From NCBI RefSeq assembly GCF_009914755.1, contig NC_060928.1: 64,000 bases of DNA; one strand, given 5' to 3'. The notes beneath the pieces were generated by a model, which worked only from the letters and a program-made list of their open reading frames with translations, was not told the DNA's origin and made no database searches. Positions within the stretch are counted from its first letter, which is position 1. Each line of letters begins with the position of its first letter. A program made the translations under genes and the position numbers. This document shows positions 53,025 to 64,000 of the stretch, piece by piece. The stretch is from the human T2T-CHM13v2.0 reference genome, Homo sapiens.

Positions 53025-53077
53025 GCTAGTATAACTAGCTAGTATAACGATAGCTAGTATAACTAGCTAGTATAACT
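53025..53077. repeat. Minisatellite, 13-bp unit GCTAGTATAACTA x4
   Basis: gctagtataacta gctagtataacgata gctagtataacta gctagtataact. Confidence 0.9.
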
Positions 53078-55799
53078 CAAGACTTTCGGGAGGGGGGTAA
53101 ACCAGGGATTACCATTTTGATGAAGTTTAAAATTTCTGTTCTTCATTTTGAAACCAATATAGCAAACCCAACTACTTGGTTTATCTCAGTTTTGCAGTTC
53201 AGTAGTTTTGGGTTTTGTAGAAGTATACATGAAAGAGCATTTCAACATATTTTAGGTTTCTACTCCTTACATCATTAAACTGGAATGTTTTTAAAGTTTG
53301 GGTGATGTTCTCTTTTGACTATACTGCATGAGTGAATGCAGTAACTGTCAGAGGTAACCGATCTTTTTGTGGTTTCTAATGGGTATAATGTCTAGTGCAA
53401 CCATTTAAAACTTCATTTGCTGCTTTTAAAATAGAAACATAATTTAAAATTTTGTTGTAATTTCACATGCTTGTCCAATTGTGTTTTCTTTCCAGAAAAG
53501 CAACAATAATCAGGGGCTGCCTAAAAACCAACAAATTAAAATGACTTTTCTTTAAAGGCTTTTCAATATTACTTTTACCTTATCAAGATTACACATTTAA
53601 ATAAGAAGAATGCCTTTTTTTTCCAAATTTTTTAAATTTTTGACACACAGTCCCTGGAATCTTGGGAAACATAATTTTTTCCAACTTGAGCATTATATGT
53701 TGTAATAATTTCTTAGTTATCACTGTTTATCAATATATTTTAGTAGAAAAAATAACTTTACTCACAAAACAAGTGAACTAGTAAGATATTCCATGAATGT
53801 ATTCCTTGTTATTAGAGGAGCTGTTTTTAATGTTAAAGTTTTCAACTTCTTTTTAAAAGTAATGACAGTTAAGTTTTCCAATTTCAAGAAAAATAATTGC
53901 ATTTCAACTTGCATTAGTCAATTGCAACTGGCATTAGTCAGTTGCAACTGGCTAGGAGGCACAGGCTGGTGGGTGCTGTGATGCATCCACATTTTCTTTT
54001 TCTCTTTTCATTCTATATTTTTGGGGAAAAGAGGGCAACATTCCAAAGTCTCACATTTTCATTTGTTCCTCTCACTGGCTTCTTGTTCATCCATATGTTA
54101 CTCTCACTGGCTTCTCATTATTTTATTTTTGTTTCATTTTTATATATTACATTTGATTTCCTCCTATCCTCTCTGTAATGAAATATTTATGTTATTTTCC
54201 TTTCCCCTAACTACACTGAAAAGCAACCCTCAAATGAGAATCGGGAAAAGAAAAAGTGGGCCAATTTTCTTTTAATCTTTATAAATAGCACTCAACTGAA
54301 ATTTCTGGTTTCTGATCTAGTTGTTTCTTCTTTCTTGTAGTTAAATGAAATAAAGTAGTAAAAAGAAAACAATAGAATATTTGCTCTTACTAAATTTTTG
54401 AAATATTAGATTAAATTTAATTCAAAACAATACTTAAAAATTTTGTTTTTCAGACATTTTCAAGGACCTCTAGAGAAAGAATTAATTTCTATGTGCCTTA
54501 TCCATCAACTATAATTAGATGAAATCTGAGTTTGCAGGATATAAAAGATTTTCATTTGACAGTTATTTTATGGGTCATGCATGCATTTGTGTGATACATA
54601 TTAGTGGCTTAAATATATTTTATATGTAATTTCTAGAAAAGAAAAAACAGGTGCCAAGTTGGTACTAAGCACTCAATAAATCTTTGGCAATTAAGCACGG
54701 CTGTTAAGCATTGAAAGCCTTGCCAAGATTTGGGATTCAAGAGAGAGCAAAAATGGGGCCAGAGAGTTGAGGATAAGCATTGATGACAATCTTGTAAGAT
54801 ATTTTTGTTGGAGAACACAGACTTTAATTTTCCTTTATATTTTGACTTTAGAATTCTACTTTAACTTGCACTTTGAGAAAATTTGCCCTATTTCACTCCA
54901 GAATTATTTGTTACTCTAATGATGCTATTATTGGCAATATATAATACAGATATATTACATGTAAATATTCTGGCATTTATTTGCAAATATGTTACAAAAT
55001 TTAATTCCTAATAAGCATACCTTAAATTCGGGTTTCAAATTATATAAGAATGCAATCACCATTTCCTTTTTCCCTATGTGCAATAGTTTAGAACTCTTAT
55101 GTAAGAATTCCTTAAAATTGAAGTTTCTTTAGTTGGCCTCAATCAAAAGGCAAGTTTGTATTCAGAAGGTACAGGGAAAATAATTTCAATCCAGATGTGA
55201 GTGTGTGTGTGTAGGTATGATTTATTTTCCTTAAATACAATTCAAATCAATTAGTTTTCTTAATATACATTTAAAAGTAGAAAAATCATTTGAATCTTGA
55301 AGAAAAACTTTCCATAAAACATTCTCATGAAGGAATCTTTACTAATCATTTGGAAAGCTTATTTATTCTTTATTTTTTAAACAAATTGGTAAGGCAGAAA
55401 AGGCCTAAATACTGCTCTGGAATAAACTTTCAAGTCCCTTCATAAAAAAATATAATGTGGTTAAATTCATGGGTGGCTTGTTTTGCTTATGTCTCCAAGT
55501 GTTTGGTGACTAGTAGCAATTCTGCAGGGACTCCTAAAAAAGCACATGATCTTCTAAGTGCCTGTGCTGAGTTTTAAATGGTTACATGAAAGGCTGTCTG
55601 ATAGAGCAGACATTGTTTTCACTACTTTCCTGTGCCTTGCTTAAAAAGGTGGTCAGTTTAAGAAATATTTCTGAAAAAAATATGCTTAATGAATTATTTA
55701 ATTTATTGTAACTGAAATGAGAATGTGGAAATATTTTCTCAGTGCAGTTTTTATATTTGAATTAGATACAAGACTAGGAACAGTTATCTTTTTAATTCT

Positions 55800-55935
55800 T
55801 AATCATCATTGCAAAATATTATCATCCTTGTTTTTGTGGATGAGAAAATATAAGACTAGAAAAGAATAAGCAGCCTGTCCTAGGTCACACAATTAAGAAG
55901 TATTCAAGTCCAAGCTTGCCTTTTGCCAAAGCTGA
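55800..55935 (-). mobile_element. MIR
   Basis: tattatcatccttgtttttgtggatgagaaaa...gcctgtcctaggtcacacaattaagaag. Confidence 0.7.
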
Positions 55936-58900
55936 TGTTTTTCTATTAAATCACATGGCCCCATCCTTAAAATATGGCACCTATCAGGAAACACTCTAGA
56001 GACATTTGAAGGAAGCTCTGGATGAATACATTTTAGGCTTTTTCTGCTAACTCAATGAGGTGTGAAATTGCGCAAGCACTTCACCACCAGCCTATCAAAA
56101 ATTAGAGCATTTTCATTGTGTCAGATTTGTAATTCATGAAAGAGTCTTGTAAATTTAATGCTACATGTTACTGAATACAGAAAAGGGTGTTTAAAATTAT
56201 AGCGTCTTTTATAATGCTATAATTAATCCAGGATCATTCTTCAAAAAGCAATTCAATAAAAATATAAATAGCTTTTTACTATTCTTTTTTTCTCCTTCAA
56301 ACTACTCATAATTCTGCAGTTAACCAGTGAATGTTTTTGGAGGAGCTGTTTGAAGTAATAATAGAGCTGAAAGTGAACTCAGTGAAGATGTCAAACACTA
56401 TTAATACAGTATTCTATTGTAAGTATGCTAATGTAACATATCTGGCAGGAGATGGAATTCTTAACATGTAGCATACTGATGCATAATTAGTTTATACTAT
56501 ATAGTTATTTTACAGAGTCCAGCATATCCCTCAGTTTTTGGCAAACTTTAGTGTGAGCAGCCACTTTCTGAACCCCTTTCCATCCTTTAGAAGTATCTTA
56601 CTTGGATTTGTTTATCAAAGTCCGTGGATCAGAGTACTGGGTGTTAATCAAGACAGAATGAAAGGTTGCAGGTTAGAGACCTGTGGAAAGTGTTAATTGT
56701 TCACGTGTGTCTGGCCTGTATAGTATCTGATTAGGCCTGTCACATTCAGCAAAGCGCCTGAGCGCCTGGTGGAGTTTGCCATTTATTGCAAATGCTGGGA
56801 ATGCCTAGGGAAAACGACCTCTGCTCATCTCAGTGTGGATTTATCTCTTGGTCTCTTTGATCAGGGAAGAAAAATTTTGTTTTCATTGTTAATTTCTGTA
56901 ATTGGCCCTCACATCCTCCTTTCTATGTTTGTAAACAAACTGATTAACTGTTCCTGGTCATAATTAAACTGGGACGGGAGAGTGAAAGGAAGTCTCCATG
57001 AAATAAATCTACAGTCAGGATGTGGTCACTATTTCCAAAACACAGAGATTGTTTCTAATCCCATTAAGTTTTCACCTTGTTTTACCCAAGATGCAAAATA
57101 AAAAAAAATGGTTAAATTTTAAAATAGTCTGACCATGTTTCTTCATGGCCTATCCTGAAAATCACTTAAAATAGCTAGGCTGGTGAAAAAGTAAGAGAAA
57201 CCAAAGATAACTGCTTTTCTCCCAGATAAAAAGGACTTCATGCTACTTGCATTTAATCTTTTTCCTGTGTGAGGTTAAGCAGCCATTATGAGCTGTTTCT
57301 CATTGACTCAAAGAGGAAAAGAAGTCACTGATGGAGTTTTATTTATACAACTGAGGACAGAACAACACAACCTTCAATGGATAGCAAAGATTCATGTTTC
57401 ATAGACTTAACTTTTTCTTAGAACCATCCAAAATAACCCAGGCCTTCCTTAAGACACAGAGTATGTCACCTCAACCCATAACTCTGGGGACTGAGCAAAT
57501 GTTTATTTTTACTACTCATTTTGCTCAGTGGGGATGGTCACTTAAAATTAAATAATATATTGCAGGGTTTATTTTTATGGCTTGTTCCTAAAACTGTCCT
57601 GTGGAAAGGCCCCTTTCAAGCTAAGATTGAAAGAAAAGGCTTACAGATTGCCCTTTCTCAGTGCTGTTTTCATTGCAGCTTTGGAGTATTAAGGGATTTG
57701 GGAAGTTAAGATAAGATCCTCAATCCTAACATGCCTCGTTTTTATCTAAACAAAATTTAAAACCCAAGTAAGGGTGTTCATTATACTGAAGCAAATCAAA
57801 GGGACTACTAAACTTTGTTGCTTAAAAGCCATAATGGTTAAGTGGTTAAATGTTGAACACACATGTAAACAGACATCAAGACAAGAATTTTCTTAATAAC
57901 AATTTTGGTAAGAAATTTGAGGAATAACTCTTAAAGTAGAAAGTATTTATAGTTTCCCACTTCTCTTAAATTCTTATTTCCATTTCATTTCCCCCATAAG
58001 TAATTATATCATGGCCATAGTCTCCACCCACATTAAGTTTTGGGGCATATTCATGTTATTTTCTTTCACTCTCTTCCAAGTCAGTTAACTAAATTGCCCC
58101 CATGCCCTCTGCTTAAATGCAGACTTGAATGGTATTTACTGAAAACTTATAAGAAAAAGTCATCATATATGTTATCAAAGTGTATTTGAAAATATATAGA
58201 TTATATGACATACCAAAGACATAATTGTGTATTTAATGGATCTACTCAAATTTGAATTGTTCTTTCCAGCCAAGCAAAGAGAGTGTTTAATGTTATAAAA
58301 ATGTAGAAAACTTTTCTTGGAGATTCCTTTAAAATGTTTCTTGGTTTCTTTGTAAGACAAACACTATGAACTCATAGTTTAATTTATCAACTTAATAAAG
58401 TGATTTTATACACCAAATTGCTTTATATTTCTGACTTCTTGTATGCTTGCTTTTGTAATACCTGTGTGTATATTTTGAATTTCATGAAACCTCTCTTGCT
58501 TGGAATTACAAACTAACAAAAACAATGTGTTTAGCTTTTATACCTCACTTAAGTGGAGTGAAATAGATTGTTCAACTATTTATTTCTGAATAAAACAAGA
58601 GCAAGTATGGGGAAATCTTTGTTAATGTCTTAGGTTTCCATTGCTTTGGTTTCTGATAGCTGTTTTGAAGTTGCATATGGTAGCACAATAGCAAATCTGG
58701 AGTTTTGTTTTAATTTACATTGGAGAGAATTGGGTAAGTGCTACAGTTACCTAAAGGGTTGAGGGGCTAAAAATGATGCATTTATTCTACTCTCCCTTAA
58801 AGCTATTATCATAGCATTAAAGAATGGCAATTTATTTACATTTATCATTGCTCCTGGAAGAGCAGGCATGATTTTTTAGAACTTTTACATGTTTTACGTA

Positions 58901-60519
58901 TAAAACAAACATATATAATGTATTAATAAATTAAAATTCTTATAAATCATGGATAATAACTAGTGTTGAAATAACTTTGCTTAATTTTGTTTGATAGGAA
59001 AGATTTTTCTCATAACATATGTGTTATTTAAAAAATATGATTCCACAAAAATCCCAAAACCAATAAAAAAAATTCCTGTGGCTTGATGATCTCAGGTGGG
59101 TGATGTGAAATGGGGTTGCACATAATTACGGTTTTTTGTTTTTGTTTCTGTTTTTTTTACGTTCTGACTTGTTTTTAGACTGCATTTATTCCTCTTTTTG
59201 TAAACAGCAGATAATTGAACTGATTTGTCTTGTTAAACAAAAAGCTACTGAGGGAGAAAAGGTAAATTTTATAGGATTTCTAAATTCACAAACAAAGCTT
59301 TACAAGTTAGCATTGAACATTTCATTTACATTAAAATAAGCAAGCATTGAACAAGATGGAATTAGTTTGGCTTCAGGTCATCATCATTGTAAACTATCAT
59401 AATGTATAAGCACAGAAATGATTGAAGTTCTAGCACAGAACAAAGAACCTGCACAAGGTCTAATAACTAAAATATCACCGGGTAAGATGAATAAAGAAAG
59501 TTTAATATTTCTTGTGATGACATTGAATTTTTTAAAGAAAAAAGATCTGTTGACTTTATGTGTTGATGAGTTAGGTTTAGAAAAGACTGCCCGGAAATTT
59601 GTTTACTGAAAGTTTATTGATCCATTTTCTTTTCTCTAAATCCCTCCTACTGGAAGGCATTTAAGGGTTACTATTCTTGAAAGAGTTTTCTGGACTATGT
59701 GTATCTTCTCATTGTTTCAGTTAAGGATCCTCAGCTGTTTTCCCATTGTGAAGTGAAAAATAAAGAATTAATTGTACTGTTAAATGTCTGTTTTGCAAAT
59801 TCTGGATGAATTTTCTGTATTCACACAAAAATGGAAGCTTTATGTGAAATGGCTATATTCTTATCTAAGGAAATATGCAGAAAGTATTTAGCTATTGTCT
59901 TTATAAGAAAGTGTTGCTGACACTTCAATGAATAAATGAGTATTTGGCTTATGGTGTAGTTTAGGGATGGATCTGGTACTGTGTAGGTGTTTACGAAAAG
60001 GCATCCTGTAGTTAATATATGCTCTGAGCACTTCTTTTAATCCTCTAAAATGGTAGAAATGGTCAGTCTTTTTGAAGATAATTTTATGATACTAAATAAT
60101 AGCCAGATACTACCAAGAAAACTTGTGTCTGGACTGGAGTGAACATATATATAACAAAATGCAAGGCAAGAATGGACCCATTTTAGTCACCAATTTGTAT
60201 TTTCTTTGAAAAATCAGCACAGGAAAAACAAATGTATTTTTCATGTCTTATATGTTTCATTGTTTATAAACTTGCAGGCTATAAAAAGTGGCGTAAGGAA
60301 ACTATAGCTTATTACCTTTGATAAGAAAGCTTCACATTTTTAGTAACTTATATTTGATTAAATGTAAAAAATAAAAAGGTTTACATAGGCTAAATGAAGG
60401 ATATACAACCTGATTGCATAGTGATAAAGTAGACATCATTTATTGTGTCTTTATTCTGCATTAGAAACCTGATAGATTTATATACAATTTTAAAAATCTT
60501 TATAATAAAATTGCATGAA

Positions 60520-60610
60520 TGGCAGATTGTTTTTTTCATTTTACTTATGTGGAAACTGAGGCTCAGAGAGATTAAATGATCTGTCTGGGGTCACACCACT
60601 AACACCTTGC
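60520..60610 (-). mobile_element. MIR
   Basis: cattttacttatgtggaaactgaggctcagagagattaaatgatctgtctggggtcacac. Confidence 0.8.
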
Positions 60611-60644
60611 CCTGCTGGGAAACATAGTAACCACCACCTTATCA

Positions 60645-61120
60645 TATGTCTTAGTCAAGCTTCTTTTACTTATAAAAAGTAGAAAATGAACTCAAAGTGT
60701 TTAAGAAAAAAAAATGGGAGGATGTTATTATAAATCTCTGTAAGATCTCCATAAGAATCCAGAACAGGCTGAATTTGAAGACCTTTGGAAGAGCAACTGA
60801 GAATGCTCCCTCTTCCATCTCTATCTCTCCTTTTTATGAATTCTGTGCTTCCTACAATGTACTTCTTTTTGCTTTCTTCTCCATCAGTTCCCAGTCAGCT
60901 TCCTTCAAGTCTTCTTGGTGTGCAGGACTCTGGCCAGGAGCTCATCACTGCCTGTTAGAAAGTGTTTGCAAGACTGCAGTTGTTCCAGCTCATATTTTGA
61001 AGCCAGGACACCCAAGAATAAGATCACAGGGCTAGGCTTTCAATCAACAATCTTATTCATGGTCTAATCAGGAATAATGGTAGGAAGAATCCCACACTCT
61101 CTTTGCTCACTCAGAGGGGC
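60645..61120 (-). mobile_element. Possible ancient MLT1-type LTR
   Basis: tgtcttagtca..cttct...agtagaaaa..aactcaaa...ttaag start resembles old antisense MLT1; interior is weak. Confidence 0.4.
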
Positions 61121-62839
61121 ACAGGTGCACATTCAGATGTAACTGGTATAGGCTGGAACTATTTTTTCTGGAGTTTAGAAATTTTATTTGCACTTTGTAA
61201 TTCTATAATCATAAGGAACATGAAGAATTTGTTAAATATAAAAATTTCACAAAAGACACTGCCGAGCTTATGACTCAGAAGATATTTTCCAGTTAGTAGT
61301 TGGTAAATATGTCTTTTGAGTTTTTGAATTCTAAGCTAATAGTTTTAGAGAATTAAAAAATATTTTATGGGACTTTTCTCCTTGGGGAAGAAAATGAGGG
61401 TTATATTCTCCACTGCTGGTCACTGGAATCCTCTAAAAATAATGTTCTAGGGGGAAAAATGAGAGGATATTAGGACCATTTTCTCTTACCTGGAAAATGG
61501 TAAAGATATCCGTGTAAATGAAAACCATAGATTATTTTGTTTTTTATTAACTTTAAGCATTAGTAATTGTTTTATTTTTCAGTTGAGTGGGTTAAAAAAA
61601 GAATTCATGATACAAGATAAATTTAATTGATGAAGCATAAGGGGTGATCTTGCATAATAAAGAAACAATTCAAAACACTGCTATACTCTTAGATATACGT
61701 CTAAATGAAATGTAAACATTACAAAGCTTGCTAACCTTTTTTTGCCATATTGCAGCAAGATACACATTTGTTTCCAAGGTTTATGTTGAGGGACCTCAAT
61801 TCTAAAGGACAGCAAAGCATCAATGTTACAAACTGGTTCCACAAGAAACATAGGTTTCTGTCATGAATAGTGTACATTTTGACCCAGTGTCTTTTCTAGT
61901 ACAAAATATTTCCCCAGAAAAAGTTATCTGCAATTGGAAGATGTGCTTTAATCTGTGATGCCTTTGTGTCATTCATCAATCTTATTGAATATTTTGAATT
62001 AACATTACATTTTTAATAGCCGTAGCTGTTACTTCATTAGGTTGCTACTACAACAAATGAATTTGTGTAGAGACTGGATTACAAAACAACCCAGCATCAT
62101 TTTATTTTTCTATTTCATCACTTTCAATAATGTATTACTTACAAAATAAAGACATATGTCATACCTAGAATTTGAGACTATATATGAAGACGTTTTATTC
62201 TGTCTTTGGCATTGGAACGTTTCCAGACATTAAAGAAATATCTACCTTCAAACTATGTCATCATATATCAAGGAAATTATCAGACCATCCTATATTTTAT
62301 GGTGGATAACTTTATAATTTAAATAGATTTCTTGTCATTCATCAGTTTCTTATTCAAATGTCAATAAGTCACTCCATGGTGGACTGAATTCCAGTATTCT
62401 ATCAAACATGAATTTTTATGTATTAGTAGTATGAATTAAAATTTGTATGGATTCTTTGAAAAAGAAGACTCTGGAACCTTAAAAAGGGTAAAAGTTGATG
62501 AAAATGTTGTGAGTGGTCGTATCCTCAGCCTCAGTGAGAGGTCGTTGCCTCTTTAGAAATGTAAGGTATTTATTATGGGAAAAAAAGAAAGAAAAATATT
62601 TTATATAATTATGAGAGAAACCGCCAAATTATTAACAGTTCATGTGTGGATATTGCTATATAGGCCTAAAGCCAGATTAGCTTCAGATCTTAGTCCAGGT
62701 GGAATACCAGACAAATTATATATTGGGCCTCCAAAACACAGTGGAACTGTGTGTGGTTCATTGGCTACAATAGCTCTTTATGTGTATCATGTACCATGGG
62801 GAAAAAGAACTGGACATGACACATGATACAGCTGAATGA

Positions 62840-63000
62840 ACATAAGGCAAAGCATCAACAATGGGATCTGAACACAGCTTGTTGCTAACCTTTCTGATCT
62901 TCAGTTTGCACGTTTGTAAAATGGTGATAATGTCCTGGCCTACTTCACTAGGTTTATACAAAAAGTAAAGTGAGATGGTATATGTGAAAATGCTTTGTTA
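62840..63000 (+). mobile_element. MIR
   Basis: ctaacctttctgatcttcagtttgcacgtttgtaaaatggtgataat...cctacttcac...gtatatgtgaaaatgcttt. Confidence 0.75.
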
Positions 63001-63539
63001 CTTAATCCACTCTCTGCACTACGGAGATACTTTTTGTGGGTGGGGTAGATGAGATATTGAGTTATACTTACTAGTGAATGTAGGACAAAACAATAGTTTG
63101 TTGGAGTTATATGAAAGGTAATAGGGTTAGGATCATCGAGGATGGTTTGGAAAGTTAGCATGATGTGTTTCATCTGGAAAGTAAACCCCGCAATCCATAC
63201 ATATTTTCCAAAGTGTGAGTTCTTTATATTATTTAATTTATATCATTTTCCAAGTGATACAAGTAAGTTGGAAAAGTCAAATAATTCAACAAGTTTTATT
63301 TTTAAAAGAAGAGCTATCTTCTATCTACTATTCCCCCAAATATATAAAACACATACCTACTTCTCAAAGTGAATTATTTTCAACTTTTAGCTATTTAGTT
63401 GATTACATATTTAGTATTTAACTTTATTTATAAAAACATTTAAGTGTTTCTTGATTTTTCATCTTAAATTTCCACAGCAAAAGATGTGACTTTGGCTTCC
63501 TTTCACACCATCCAACCTCCTGGTCAGACAGACACAAAA

Positions 63540-63615
63540 CTGCACACTCACATGCATATTGACTCACATACTCGCATACACACACATATGTGCACACACA
63601 CTCACACAAACACAG
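63540..63615. repeat. Degenerate (CA)n tract
   Basis: cacactcacatgca...cacacacatatgtgcacacacactcacacaaacaca. Confidence 0.7.
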
Positions 63616-64000
63616 TCTCTTTTCCTCCAATCAACCTAATAGAGTTATAACATAAATTTTGATAGGATAAATCATTTTTACGTTATTATGAATATGCTAA
63701 ACTATTAACTACTGCTGCTTTCAATTCTGATTTTGAGCAAAGTTTTTACTTTCCCTATATTAATTGTGTTATATGTTCATTGGCTTCATTTCCTAGGTGC
63801 TCATCACTAATTCGTCCTGAGACTTTCTGCCATTCATGTAATCTTTCTCTCAATAATTTCAAACACATCAGGTATCTTGCTTAATTCGGCTTCCTGGTCT
63901 CTCCCCTTGAGCCCTCCATCTTCCTTCTCAGATTCTCCACTGGTGATTCTTTGATCTCCCTTTATTTCCCCCGAAATATTATTCTCTGTCCTTTTTACTA

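Noticed and set aside
53012-53077. Short regularly repeated units considered as a CRISPR-like array (also 45312-45361)
   Set aside because: No unique spacers, units of only 10-13 bp, primate context and no cas genes; these are simple minisatellites.
56196-56224. Hairpin aattatagcgt...atgctataatt
   Set aside because: Short AT-rich stem expected by chance; too short for a pre-miRNA.
60697-61035. 112-aa ORF
   Set aside because: GTG start, Ser/Phe-rich, and lies within a probable old MLT1 LTR; no homology recognised.

Overview
This is AT-rich, gene-poor hominine (human/African-ape type) nuclear DNA, either intronic or intergenic. An L1PA2-diagnostic insertion and several AluY copies support the taxon. 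I find no credible protein-coding gene, tRNA/rRNA gene, CpG island or CRISPR array. The ORF track is explained by Alu, L1, THE1 and microsatellite reading frames or by chance. The window is a layered record of transposable elements: about 11 Alus, L1PA2/L1PA/L1MA/L1MC/L1ME fragments, L2, MIR, MER1B x2, MER33, a full-length THE1 provirus, a THE1 solo LTR, MLT1 LTRs and an ERVL remnant. I do not see an undescribed biological system. The best-supported curiosities are a twin-primed 5'-inverted L1PA2, a ~74-bp segment copied 1 kb away beside a local tandem duplication, an AluY with the 12-bp Yd-type deletion, a CTCF-like motif in an old LTR and a motif-dense candidate enhancer near 56.7 kb. More speculative are a possible ancient Gypsy RT remnant and two microexon-like signals. 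Subfamily names come from remembered consensus diagnostics, and boundaries of old elements are approximate.
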